Part shown: piece after piece, positions 25,004-37,970 of the stretch
How positions within the stretch are numbered: position 1 is the stretch's first letter
Layout: each line of letters starts with the position of its first letter
Origin: Neodothiora populina
Taxonomy: Eukaryota
Reading direction: 5' to 3'
Length of the DNA stretch: 64,000 nt
Assembly: GCF_041146345.1 (NCBI RefSeq)
Contig: NW_027191409.1
Location: 620,001 to 684,000 of the forward strand
The notes under the pieces: generated by a model
What the model was told of the DNA's origin: nothing
Databases searched by the model: none
The model's input: the letters and a program-made list of their open reading frames with translations, nothing else
Program-made: the position numbers and the translations under genes

Positions 25004-28000
25004 ATGGGCGCCCCGGTGCAAATAGAAGATGCGAAGAAGCAATGGACATCCCTTATCACCGTGGCCTTTCGACGACGAATACGAGCTGATCAGCTGACTG
25101 ATGCCTTCGCGGAACTATGGCATAAAGCGCATCTTCCAGGCGCGGTCATTGTATCACTCATCCTTACTTCAGGCGCACGCCTAAGCAGTGGCGTGGATCC
25201 CCTTGTACCTGCTTACTTGGATGAGGTGTTAAAGGTTACAGGCGTCGAGATATGCGACGTATTAATAGCCTTGCTGGCTCAGACACGGTATGCCAGCAAT
25301 AATTCGGTCGACCAAAATGATCCAAGCGCGTATGACCTGCTTCTCATCGAAAGTGTGTTCGCCTTGTTGTTACGGCTCACTGTCAATGGGAAGCAGCCAA
25401 GGACTGCTCAGGAATCGCGCAGGGGAGCTCGAGCCCTTGCTGAATGGCTGACAGCATGTAACTACCATGAAACCTTGCTCCAGGTTCAGTCCGAAGGACT
25501 ACGAGCTCCAGATCTATCTGTTGTCTCGGCACTCGAAATAATTGCTACTTTTGCTATGTCATTGTTCGCCAACCAGATCGCCAGGAACGATATGTCGAAT
25601 CCGCGATTTCGAGGTGAATATCGCCACTATTGACGATCCATGTCCACTGCTAATCGACTCAGATATCAACGAGAAAATGGCATTCGCTCTGAACAATTTC
25701 GCTGCCCTTCTCTCGCAATGGAGCTCATCACAGATTCCTGCTAGATTGCAAATGATTGCGAGGACTCCTCCATTTGCAAATGGGACACCCGACTTTTCCA
25801 TGTCTGAGATTGCCACGGCTGTAGAAGATCTACCTGTCAGCATCTCCCGCACAGATATCTACATATATCTCAATGCCGCATTGTGCGCAAGACCTCTCAC
25901 TGATGATCTTACTTTCCTGAGCTATATGCATTCGAAATACCAAAGTGACACCCAGTCACTTATGATGGATCTTATTGTGTCCTCTTTTGATGCATTTGCG
26001 AACGCTCTCCACCGCAATGAACCTGTTCAAGTTCTCCTCTGCTACCGCTCATTTATCGCTAACAAGCTGCCCTTGCTGCTTACATCATTGTCTGCCTCTC
26101 TCTTTCCTGCCTCTGGTAGTCAGATATGTATCCAGACGGCTATGGGACGCATAGACGTGCATCCTTACCCACCGTTATCTTCCGAGAATGATGGGATTAA
26201 CGAGGCGCTGAGAGGCAGTCGTCAAGAATTTTTGCATGCTTGTGTTATGCATCAGCTAGGCACAGATTCTCTCTTCTCAAGCATCACAGGGGAACCGGGA
26301 TCCGCGCACAATGCCCGCTCAGTGAAGTACACGAAAGAGGGCCTTGCTGCTCAGTGTGTATCTAATGTACATCGTGTTGATCAGCTGGTTCGCGAGCTTG
26401 ATGCAATGGGCGGCAACGCTGGAGCCATATCTGGGGCATTAATCGAGGTGAGCATTATTCGTTGCCTTTGCGTCATGAATCTAACAAGTGGATCAGACAG
26501 TGCAGCATTTGTGCAACATGAAGGAGACTATGTCACTAAGGACCGTTTGCAACGCAATAACTAGGCGCTTGTCTCTGCTCGATGTCATCTTTCAGTACGC
26601 TCAGCCTTTGGATATACTACAACCCCTTTGCCGAACTCTGCATGAGTGGTCTCACGACGAAGATCAGAGTATGACTTTTCGAATCCGCATGTTCTAACAT
26701 ACCGGCTAACGCTAGATACAGGCGAGTTTCAACCACCCTACGAAGAATTTGCTTCTATTCTTCTGCTAGTATTGGCCACGATCCATCGCTATCAGCTGTC
26801 GGGTCCAGACCTAGGTTTGACAAGGGACAATTTTGTCATTCAACTACTAGCACAGATGTCCGATAGCATCCCGACCAGCAAGATGACACAGGAACAGAAT
26901 AAGCATTTGTCCAAGTGGATGCAGGGTCTATATGCAACCGATGAGCATGGCGAAACGAACGGCATAAGCGATGAGACTATGTCACATTGTCCACCTCAGG
27001 CTTTTTATCTGCTTGTGCCTACTTTACTGGAGCAAAGTATACAAGGCTGCAGGGCAGGATACCTTGCGCTCAATACATTGAAGGGCGGACTAGAATGTAA
27101 GAAGCTCTTGGTTTTGTTTCACGCCCTGGATAACTGACACACCTGCAGTCCTGCTTGAGCCTTTCCTCCTACCAGCACTGATCGGAGGGCTCAGATGGCT
27201 GACCAAACATTCATGGGAAGACCACGGTGATGCCGACGTTCTCATCGATGTTTTACATAAATTGTTGCGGCCGACGTCCATTTCTGGTGACGCGCAGGCC
27301 ATGCACCAGACAATCATTGCGATGGTAGCAGCTCCACTTGAACGGTCACTGCGTGAACTGGACCGTCGAGTGCCGAATCGCAAAGAGATCGCTTTACTGA
27401 TAGAGGCGCTCAAAGCTCATTCACACAGCCAGCGGTCCACCGGAGGCAGTATCGCCGAGATAACTCAATGGACTTCAACACCAGGTGGAGGGCTTCGACA
27501 ATCAATTAAAGATGTCATCGGAAACTTGGTACGGTGGTCAAGTCAGTCATCAATCAGTCCCGTGCCACCAAGCTACACACATCGAATGATACTCGTGGCC
27601 ATCGAGTCTCTTGGAGCCGACGAAGTCTTGGAAGTCATCATCGAGGAAGTGAAAGCACAAACACAGATCGGGTTTGGCTCCGCTGCACTTGAAGTCGCCA
27701 CCGCACTTGTTTGCGCGCCTTCGCATGATCAAGGGAACACAATGCTTCCGTTCGAAGACAATACAGCACTAACGTCACATCACCGCCGCACCCTGCGCCA
27801 GGCACTGAGACACAAGCTCGAGGCACCAAAAGAACTTTTAAGCATGCAAACCGAATACGTCGAGACTCTGATCCGGCTAGGTCGACGAGTAGATGCTCAA
27901 TCCGCCGTAGCACCAATCAACCAGATCGCCATGCCCATGGCAAATCTCGACTCCCAAGATCTCATGCAAGACATGGACATGAACGGGGCCGACATGACCG

Positions 28001-28365
28001 CCGACGGCATGAATATGCAGCAGCAGCAACAAGCACAACCCACGGAAAGCATGCACCAGGACAACGACCCATCCGCATTCGCCAACCTAGGCGGCTCTCT
28101 CGACCTCTCCAGAGCCGCGGCAGCAGGTCTAGGCGGCGTCGACATCAACGACCACCACAACGCTGTCCCTGTCGACCTCTCGGCCCATCTCTTTGACCCC
28201 GGTCAAGACCTCGACTTTGATATGACGGGCGCTGCCGGCTCGCAGAACAATAACGCGCAGAACGGCAACAACAACTCGGCTCAGAACGCCGAAGACGACA
28301 TCTTTGCCGGGTTGGACATGGGCGACATGGGCGATATGGGCGACGACGATTTCAACTTCTCGTGA
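25004..28365 (+). CDS. MED5: Mediator complex subunit Med5 (Nut1)
   Basis: DPL.P.Y, SFD..AN, FIANKLP, EFQPPYEEFASILL, CPPQAFYLLVPTL and LEFLLEPFLLPAL motifs. Introns at 25614-25662, 26448-26496, 26669-26721 and 27097-27148. Acidic Met/Asp-rich tail. Confidence 0.9.
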
Positions 28366-29323
28366 GTTGAAGAGAATTGGTTTTCGTCTGTATGAACGAC
28401 TGGTAGGTAGTCATAGACAAAAGAGTCGCGCAGCAGTGGACTTTATAATTAAAACCCGAGGAAAGAACTTCTGTAACATGTGTGGTCAATCGGGAACCGT
28501 GTATGCGTGCAGGTGTTGTCAGCAGTGCAAGTGGACTCGATACCGATCAAGGCCAATTTATGTGCAAGCGCAGAGGAAGAAGAATGATTCGATACGTCGA
28601 TTATCAAATGAAACGACCTGGTAGACCATGAATAGGACGTCTTATTGACATCATCTTCGTCGAGATGCATTGATAGCCAATTCACAACATCACACTTTCG
28701 AAGCTAGGTTTGAGGAACAAGAAGATAACATTCGCTCACGGTGCGAGTGAGACCCTGTCCTCTTCGTGTATTTATGTATCTTCGTACGCAATGGTCCTTA
28801 CTTCTCCTGGATAGTGGTTTGAGTAAAACAGCTGTATTGTATATTTACTGCTGTGTATCTTACCATACACTCTTGATGGTGCAACACGCTAATAGAGTAA
28901 CACAGAGCAGAACCTCGGTATGAGGAAGAAGGAACACCGTGAGGTGTCTTGAGTTGATTCTTGCCTGATGTTTCCTTTTTTTATGTTCATGGAAGGAAGT
29001 GAGTTGCGTGTATTTCTTTGTTTAATTCAACTTGGCTTGCTTGATTTCGCTTATTTGCTTGCATTTTGTGTTCTGCTAGTCCTGTCATCCCTGTACTTCT
29101 CTCAAGCTGTAACGAGGGGGATATATATACTTTGTGTCCACATATCACATGAGAAGACAAAATGGTGGTCAGGTGTACAATTTCCGTTCCCTTCGACTCT
29201 CGAAGATGATCCTTCTCAATATTCGCCATCAGACCGCGACAGACCTAAAGATGCTGGGTCGCTATGACGCGCCGTTCGTGAATTCATGAATCCATTCATT
29301 CCGTGTCCCTTGCCCTCATATAT

Positions 29324-31187
29324 TCACTTGTTGCGCTGCTCTGCTGGCTCCGTATTTGTTGGACCCATGAGAACCTGCTCCTGCTCCATCATCATCATGT
29401 CGTCTCTTGCGACGCTCCCATCTCCTTTCCCCACCAGAGCGTGATCTTTAGGCGAATTCAACGCGAGCGTGTTGCCCGCAGCGAGTAGTGTAGCGATGGA
29501 CGACGACGATGCGGCTTTTGAACCACTGTCGGCGTACGCGGCGTTTATGTAGCTTCTGGTCTCGTTGACGTATCTTGCTTGCTGAAGTCTGGAGTCGGCG
29601 CGAGACAAGGTTGATGGAAGAGGCAGCATGCGATTGCTTGTTATGTTGCTGCTGCTCCACGGTGCGGGCTCGAGAATATGCCCAGTACCGGTATCGGGCT
29701 GCATTTCTTCTCTTTGTAGTGGTGGGAGCTCGCTGTTTCCTCGGGGAACAAGTTGAGGTGCGGACGGTGGATAATCGTTGTCAGAGGGTTGTGGTAGACG
29801 AGTTGCTGATTGGCTGTGCGGAATGGCATAGTTGTGGTTATTGGCAGAGGGATATCCGTGACATGGCTGATCCGGTACGGTATGTGCTGGAAATCCTTTC
29901 CATACTGTCGAGCCAGTGCAACTATCTGTCCTGGGCGTTGGTATTGTCAAAGGTGTGCTGTAAGTGCCCGATGATGAAGATTCGTCCCTTGAGAGCTGCA
30001 GATCTGGTTTTGTTCCAGGATATGACTGTCTTTGCATAGTTGGAGAGTAATGACTATGCCATTGATATTGATTCGGCGATTCTTGTTTTTCACTGATAGG
30101 ACTAGACTGAGCCACCCAAGCCAATACACCGCTATCCTGAGCGCTGCTTGGGACTGTGATGGAGCTGCTGTGCTCGACTTTCGATCTTTTGTTTTCTGTG
30201 ATTGTCTCAGTAATGCAAGGCGCAATAAAGGTCACGATTGTTGAGCTTACCTGATTGTGATCCGTGTTTTGCCTTGAAGTCAGCAAGATATGCCTGATAG
30301 TCGGCGTAGTGAGTAGTCCTTTTGTACTCTTTCAAGTCTGCAGCATACTTCTCCTTCGTTGCTTGCGCCTCCCGCTCGCATGGTTCCTTCTCAGTTGGAG
30401 CGGAGTTCTGCCAGCGCTCGCCAACAATCTTAGCGATCTCACTGAACCCCAAGTCCTGACCTTTGAGCTCGTCTCTCATCTCTGCCGATTTCTGAGCTTT
30501 AAGCAATTGTAGAAGCGACCATAAATTACTTACGATTGGAGAACAGCACATAAGCAGATGGAGGTCTCTCTGGAGCATGCTCATCCGGCTGAACAAAGTT
30601 CAGAATTGTCAGCATCAGGTAGGAAAATCGACCCCAGAAAAACATGGCTCTGCTTCGGTCCGGTATGCACACCTGGGGATAACCCTTACCTTGGGATGTC
30701 TCCTATATCTCCGCTTCTGACCACCGAGGTTGCTGAGATTATTCGCGATGCGTGATCTCTGCTCCCTCGCAAGGTGATCATCTTCGAGATCGCTGCGATA
30801 TGTCTCCTCGCCCGATCCTAGTCGTGAAGGCGCGCCCAGAGTGACATTGTCCCTCGTTCGTCCTCGGGCTTCAATGATGGCCCTTTGCAGTTTCTACATT
30901 GGAATGTGAGCATGCGTGTCCGTTGACTCGGCAAACAATGGAAGAGGTGGAGGATCGTCTAGTTGCACGTTTCGCATCTACATACCCTTCTGTGGCCTAG
31001 TTTAACATGTAGGGTATCTCTGGGAACCTAGTCAGCAGACGGATGCGAAGAAAATAGTACGGTGGCTGTACAGGTCTGACTCCGTTATGTCACATAAAGT
31101 CTCCCACGAGTCAAAGCCTTCATCGATGAACACTTGGAGATACTGGGTCAGACCCAAATGCTCCAACATGATGTCTAGTCCTGTCAT
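29324..31187 (-). CDS. SAM-domain plus HMG-box protein
   Basis: Exons give LGLTQYLQVFIDEGFDSWETLCDITESDLDTLHVKLGHRRKLQRAI (SAM) and KRRYRRHPKPDEHAPERPPSAYVLFSN...FSEIAKIVGERW (HMG). Introns at 31020-31071, 30894-30985, 30589-30689, 30482-30533 and 30196-30250. Confidence 0.88.
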
Positions 31188-33408
31188 CAAGACTGGAGGA
31201 GTGGGGGACCGGGAACTGTTATTTTATGCAGCGAGGGAGTTCTAGCGACAGTTGAAATATTATCGGGTTCAATGGTCCCAATGGCGCTGCTAGTCACAGG
31301 ATGCTCGGGGGGTTTGAGAAAGCTTTCCAGGATGAGCGTGGCGAATACAATCCTTGCCCATGTGTAAGTCGTGACACGTGCATGGATAGCTGTTCGACAC
31401 ACTGTTGTCATAGGGCGAGGCAGGAGGTATTAGACACGCTTGCACAGCAAGCTTTACAGTACGACCGGCAATCAGGACTGGGGAGTCCAAGGGCGATTGG
31501 CAACATCAGGCATAGTACGTGAACACGTCTCCACTAATTCGAGTCGTTGACAACATGGGAATCTCGCTAAGATGACGTTGGAAGTAGGTCAAAGCACTGG
31601 TTAGAAGGATAGATACAATCGTGTGAGGGGTGGCCGGAGTCTACTCCGACGCCGACAAAAAGGTAGCGTATCCGCCTGAAGGGGGGCCGTACATTATCAT
31701 CTGGCGATTGGCGAGGCTTCGAGACCCAGATGCACTAGATTCGGCCCACTTCTTGTGGGAATGGCATGACGAAGAGCATGTGCATTGTACTCAGTGATAG
31801 ACAGGCCGCTGTATGTAGCAAGCGCATCTCAACGAGTGCAGATTGGAGCCGGAGGTTAACTCCGTCGGCTAAACTGGAATTTGTTCCTGACACCTGGGAG
31901 TTCACTCACCACAGGCGACCCGAGGGAACTACATGGAGACGAGTCAGAACCACAAACGTGCGTACGGTCGGGACACTCGCGCAAACAGCGTGTGGGACGA
32001 TAGGTGCAAATGTTGACTGCATCTGGTTTGGTGAGGTACCTTATCTCACTGTACTTGCGCACACGTCGCGCTGAACGGTTCACGAGAGGCTGAAGCAAGC
32101 GTCTGCAGCCAACGGGTCGAGGGGCGCACCTACGTCCGGTCCGGCCATGCACCATAGACGGGAATACCGCATACGGGAGGACTGCAGACGAGGAAGTACC
32201 TTGATTGATGGCACAGGTACATTTTGAAGCCGTGGAAGGTAGCGCAGCCTAGACCAAGTGTATGTGCACCGTGTATCATGTATCTGGTCTTCTCGATCAT
32301 GTGTTGTACTCCATACAACTTGCAAATTATACCTGAATATATACATTGAATATGTCCTGTCACTCTGTTACGACTCTACGAGACATTTTGGGGAGAAATG
32401 CACGCATGTCGCACTGCCCCACTATCCAGCGCTCGGGCGACGAACGCTTGCGATGACACATAGAGCACTTGATTATATACATTGAGACCGACGGTGATAC
32501 GATTGGAGTAAGTCGAGAAACACTCGTGGGTCAACGTACATCCACGGACGAAGGTTTGAGACTTTGCGGAATCAGACTTTGCCTTGCTAGGGGCGTGTTC
32601 TTGAGGTGCAGCTTCGTCATCTCCAAATAGAGCCACTGTCGGCCCACGAGCGGCTCATTGAGGCTGGGTTTTGCTCATTGCGTGGTCACAAGGGGGGTCG
32701 CATATGTGGAATATTGAAAGGCATCAGACTTTCGATGTCGGTAATAAGCCTCCCGTGTCGGCATTAATGTGATGCTGCATGTGTGCGTCTTGAATTAGCC
32801 AGTTTTACTATGTTCAGTAGCAGAACACGTTCATCCCTGTAGCGGTGGAGTAGACTCCTGACTTCGCTATACAATCTGGGAAGAATGGCGCATGTATCTT
32901 TTGTGACACCGAGCTTTCATCATGTTTGCTCTCGGCCATAATGCACGAGACATGCCAACGAATGCAATCTGCTCGGGACTGCATTGGACGTCACGTGTGG
33001 CGTGTAGACTTTCTCCAAGATAAGTCTCATCGCGGTTGACTGCAACAAAGTCCTTCTCTGTACAGTGTACCCCGACCAGGTCTTCAAGATCATGCAACTG
33101 TACGTTGAATTGGAAGACATGATTCAGTCGAAGCACGTACCAATGGATCGTGAACCAATGCAAGGAGCGGAATGGACCATTGCTCCAACTGTCGGAGTCT
33201 GGCGTATTATGGCGAGCTGTACAAAAGGTTGCACCTGCGGGCGGTGAGCACAGCTCTGAGCCGCAAGTCTTGGTGTCAAGGGAATGCCTCCGTGACAAGA
33301 CCAAGACCCATTTGGACTAGTAGGATTGCGACTTGCTTCACTGGGATATTGCATCGCAACATTATTGGGGTAGATATGTCGGGTCTCTTAGTCCCAACAG
33401 CGACGAAC

Positions 33409-35949
33409 TCAACGATGGTATCGCGGTAACGGATCTCCCTCGTTATCGTCGAGATCATGATCTGCATTGTCGGGAAGTCCGGCATCTGCAGCTGCAAGAT
33501 TGGGTGCAGAGGGCCCAGAATCACCGCCAGCATCCGCGTAGTCCAACGGTTGCGGAGGAGCGCTCGCGTTAAGCTGCAATTGTCTTCGTTGTAGCTCCTG
33601 CTTATCATCGCTATGTGAAAGTGGTGATGACCGACTACCGGCGTGAGCATGCTCCACTGATCTACTAGTAGAAGAATCGATGTGTGGGGAACCGTAATCG
33701 TACCGTGGAGAACGTCCTTGATTGCGCATGCTTAGGATGGGTGTGACAGGCTGTAACGACCGCGACTCCACTTGTTCGATGTCGAAGACGTCAGGTCCAA
33801 GGAGCAGGACTGGAGCAGATGGGCCTGATTCAACATCGTCAGAAACATTAGCAGCCAAGGTTGCCGGCGGCTGGCTAGGCATCAAACGCGCTTCAGCCAG
33901 GTGCAAGCGTTGTTTTTCGGAGAGATGTTCCTCGCCGTCCATGGCTGGAGGCTGATACATATGCGGAGGATCGTAATACTCGTACTGTTGATCATAACCA
34001 GTATGATAAGGATACTGGTAATGAGCATTATCGTATGAATATTCTGGATAGTGGTAGCGGTTTGGGTATTGCCAGTAGGAGTCGTCGGCCCATTCTGCGC
34101 CGGCGCCTGTGTCCTCACCGTTCCAGGTATGGGATTGTCCTTCAGGGTTTTGCTGCGGGCGAGTTGGGTCACCGTCGTGGTTTGGCGTGTCATCGGAACG
34201 CATATTTGATGTGTCAATTACATAGTCTCCTCTGGGCGGGGATACGGCCCTCGCTTTCCCTTTCTTCCGCCTGCTGTCAAGAGTGCCGACGATAACCTCG
34301 AACATAGAAGTAACGACACTCTTGTCGCGACGTATGGGAGCGGTGTCGAGGATACTGGGAGCTTGGATAACGTGAAGAGAATTGTTTCCCTCGCTATTTG
34401 CAACGAAGGTGGACTCTTGCGCGTAGGCCGAGGCACCACCGTACGCCGCGGCGGTGCTCCTCTGAGAAAGGAATTTCTCGCTTCCAGCTAGCTTGCCCTG
34501 AATATCTAGAACGACCTCAATGTAGTAACGAAAGCTGATCATGGAGCCCGGAACGGTGTTGATGGTAGGAAACGCATCCTCGGGTACAGTCACTTTGGCG
34601 TTGATCTCCGCTTTAAGGGTATGTGGGTCTACGATCAGCGGGACAATGGTCTGGGCGAGATCTTTGCGAAAGACATGACTGGATCCCGCACCCGAGAGGG
34701 ACAACCCACCCAGGCCGGTCAAAGACTTGGGATAGTAATCTTCGTATTTGCGTTTCTGGCCATCAGTCATGGGGCCTAGAGGAAGAGCCGGGTGCAAATC
34801 GGTGCGTGCAAGACGATATAGCGTGATGATGACCCCGCTCATGCTCTTGACATGCTTGGTGTGAGCGACAGATACCCTGATAGGGATGCTGTCTCCTCTC
34901 AAGCAGCCACCCTTGAGGGACTCGACGGTGGCAGTGATGGTTCTGTCGGCAGTCTGACTTATGGCGGTAGATCTGGTCGAGCCCTCGCTGGTACGTTGCA
35001 ACTGCAGCAGAGAGCCGGAAACGGATCTCCGTCCAAGGCTGCTGCTATCGAAACTCGCTTCTTCGCTCAACGAAGGCGTGCGAGAAGTGTCGGCCCCTGC
35101 CCCAGATGTCGTGGCGGCCGAGGCAGAAGCAGATGCCGCGATAGATGGCGGCGCGGGCACTGTGGGAGACGACGACGCTGCGGTGGGATTGGAGGATGAG
35201 GTGCTCTCACGGGTGCGCGCGGAGAGTGAATGGTTCGGGTGTCTAGAATGCTTGTCGGACGCCGCGTTCCTCGCAACACCCCTGGGCTTGGACTTGCGCG
35301 TCACGGGCTCGAGAGTGATGGTCCTTGATTTGGGAGGCAGGAGGTCGGCAATGTCGATGCGCTCGCAGAGGAACAAGCGCTGATCATGGGTGATGGTGGG
35401 GTTCATGGTGGTCGGGCGGGTCAGGGTGGCGGTCATCAGATAGGATATGGTGCCGCGCTCGAATTCGATGCTGCTGGGCAGATCGACGTCCTTGGGAAAG
35501 GCGACCTCGAAGTCGAAGCGATATGATCCCTCGGCGAGTCTGCCCTCGCCACACAAGACGACCTCGTCCTCGAACAGAGAGGCGAAGCCATTTCCAAAGT
35601 ATTCGCCCGACTTCTTGCCATGTGTGCTTGCGCCGCGACTGGCGGATCCGAGTGAATGGGCAGGACGGCGCACGGCATCGCTCTGGGGGCCGGGGTTCCG
35701 GTGGACCTGGACGAAGCCATGCAGGCAGACGGAGATGTGGGTGAGACGGAAAGGCTTGACGACCTTGACGACGACGGCGCCGGTGACGGATTCGCCGGGA
35801 CTGTACTGCTTGTGCGGATCATGCGCCTTGACGGTGAATTCGGAGATGCTGCGCGTCTTTTGAGAAAAGGGAGATGCGACCTTGTATAGTATGCGCCGAG
35901 AGGCAGAGGGCGTTTTGAAGATGGAAGAGCGTTCAGAGCTCGGGGTCAT
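33409..35949 (-). CDS. palF: pH-response arrestin-like regulator PalF/Rim8
   Basis: Arrestin-N fold, EYFGNGFASLFEDEVVLCGEGRL, LPSSIEFERGTISY, EDYYPKS.TGLGGLSLS, DDKQELQRR and a terminal LPRY motif. First ATG at 35949. Confidence 0.93.
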   Translation of the reverse strand: MTPSSERSSIFKTPSASRRILYKVASPFSQKTRSISEFTVKAHDPHKQYSPGESVTGAVVVKVVKPFRLTHISVCLHGFVQVHRNPGPQSDAVRRPAHSLGSASRGASTHGKKSGEYFGNGFASLFEDEVVLCGEGRLAEGSYRFDFEVAFPKDVDLPSSIEFERGTISYLMTATLTRPTTMNPTITHDQRLFLCERIDIADLLPPKSRTITLEPVTRKSKPRGVARNAASDKHSRHPNHSLSARTRESTSSSNPTAASSSPTVPAPPSIAASASASAATTSGAGADTSRTPSLSEEASFDSSSLGRRSVSGSLLQLQRTSEGSTRSTAISQTADRTITATVESLKGGCLRGDSIPIRVSVAHTKHVKSMSGVIITLYRLARTDLHPALPLGPMTDGQKRKYEDYYPKSLTGLGGLSLSGAGSSHVFRKDLAQTIVPLIVDPHTLKAEINAKVTVPEDAFPTINTVPGSMISFRYYIEVVLDIQGKLAGSEKFLSQRSTAAAYGGASAYAQESTFVANSEGNNSLHVIQAPSILDTAPIRRDKSVVTSMFEVIVGTLDSRRKKGKARAVSPPRGDYVIDTSNMRSDDTPNHDGDPTRPQQNPEGQSHTWNGEDTGAGAEWADDSYWQYPNRYHYPEYSYDNAHYQYPYHTGYDQQYEYYDPPHMYQPPAMDGEEHLSEKQRLHLAEARLMPSQPPATLAANVSDDVESGPSAPVLLLGPDVFDIEQVESRSLQPVTPILSMRNQGRSPRYDYGSPHIDSSTSRSVEHAHAGSRSSPLSHSDDKQELQRRQLQLNASAPPQPLDYADAGGDSGPSAPNLAAADAGLPDNADHDLDDNEGDPLPRYHR

Positions 35950-37970
35950 GCTCGAGGCCAAGCTTGCCGCCTTTGTGCAGCATGGATATCGACGTCGACG
36001 TCGATGCCGGATGAATGACTCGAACCGGGCAGCCAAGCGGAGGCGAGCAAATCGGATAGAAGAGACAGAAAGACAAAAGATGGAGATAAGAGAGGAAAAG
36101 AGACAGGGAAAGATGGTCAGGAGGACATCCCTTGGGTTGATCTCACGGCTGTCCTTACACGCTTCCGTCTACCTGACGCCGATCCACTTGTCCGAGCTCT
36201 TGCCTACCATGCACCTGTTTCGATCAATTGCACCGAGACGAGACACGCGCGCGCCTGAGCTGTGCAAGGATTAGTTTATCAAGTGTGTGTCGGGACAGAA
36301 GTGTCGGCAGGGACGGAATCCCAGTCCTGAGTATGTAGACGGAAAAAAATCACTTGGGATGTTGTGTATATCTGCCTCAGCAATCAGGTAGTGATCCGTA
36401 CCACAAAATAAGGTCTGTACGATACTGGAGACCTGGATCTGGAGATGCTAAGCTCTACCAGACATGCAGTACGGTATCGTGCGGAGTGAGCCGAGCGCAA
36501 GAGGGGTGAGAGGGTCTTCGAATCAAGATCAAAGCCCGTCCGCCATTATTATCGGCCGTTTCGATAATTGCGGAGGCACTCAGTGGACACCCAGTGGACC
36601 ACACGGGACGGTGAGTCTGGGGTGAGAGACGGGGCTGATGCATGGATCGGATGGATTTGCATTTACACTAATTACGGTTTTTAGCAGTCCGGTACACGTC
36701 CCGTCAGGTGTCAATGATGGACCCTTGGTACAGAGGAAAGGCATACTTTGTAGGGGACATCAGATGCATACCTTACCTACAGTACCTCGCCACTCAGGTA
36801 GAAAGGCAGGCGGAGAGGGACACTTGTGCAGTAGATGATCATCACCTCACGTCGACGCGGAGCGTCCATGGGTCATCCCTGCTACCGGTACTGTAGAGAG
36901 AAACAATCATCTCGAGGTTTCTTGATGTCAACACAGATCGTCCAACTGAATGTATCATTCTGGAAGAATCTTGTCGAACAAAAGCACGCACCCAACAATA
37001 CGAATGTAGATCACTACACTGGGCCTTACGAAGCACGCTCAGCCACGATACTGTACATGTCTACTAAATCAGAAGTCCAAGAAGCACCGTGATCTCTATA
37101 TTGTGTTGTTCGCGAAACCAAGAAACGTTGATGAAGCCTTGACCACGCGAAGCCGAAGCCGGACTGTGCGTTTCTTGTCTGCACTTTCGCCTTGGGAAAC
37201 CCTTTCAGCCCTTATACTTGTAGAGCTTCTTGTCGGGTTCAGTAATTATCCTTCTTTTCGCTTGAAACGGAAAGAGGGCTGCGACCGCGAAGTGGTACCG
37301 TTTCTAAATACGCAGCTGAGGCCAACTAACAGCCGCTCATTTGACCCGAGAAATGAGATCTGCCTGTGCAGTACAAGTAGGACCACGCGGTTCATCTGGC
37401 ATAGACTTTGTGACGGTCGCGCGCTGGGCGAGGGCGCCAGATCTTGCTGGGCATGGCTTGGAACGGTCAGGGCGCATTTGAGCAGTGGCTACCTGTGCCG
37501 CCATTCCATTGGCCCAACGGCGTTTGTTCAGCTCGTGGACAGAGTCAGAACAGCGAGAAAGGCTTCCTCACGTTTCGCAGGAGCACAGCTATACGATGGC
37601 CGACTAGCCCGATATGCTCCTATCGTCCCAGCTCGTCTAGATAGTTGCTAGCAAGCTTTTGTGGTGCTCTCTGTGCACCCTATCTATGCTCTTGTTAGTG
37701 GCATCTTCTCTCCCCCCGAGGGCGTTTCCGCAGCACCTAGCAAACATATAAAAGTCAATATTACAGCCTCAGTCAGTAGGTACCCCAAGAGGAGGAGGTC
37801 AAGAGGTACAGTAGTAGCGATACTTTGGAGTAGTACTTAAATTACCTCCCCTCCCATACCACCATTTCATCACTATTTCTCCATCGTCCTTCGTTTCCTT
37901 GTATCCTCTTCTTTTTTTTTCCCCATAGACCTTCATTCATATCTACTCAACACATCAAGCATCTGCAAGA

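Noticed and set aside
29324..31187. HMG gene as a mating-type locus (MAT1-2-1)
   Set aside because: The HMG box is HMGB/NHP6-like with an N-terminal SAM domain, and APN2/SLA2 are not adjacent.
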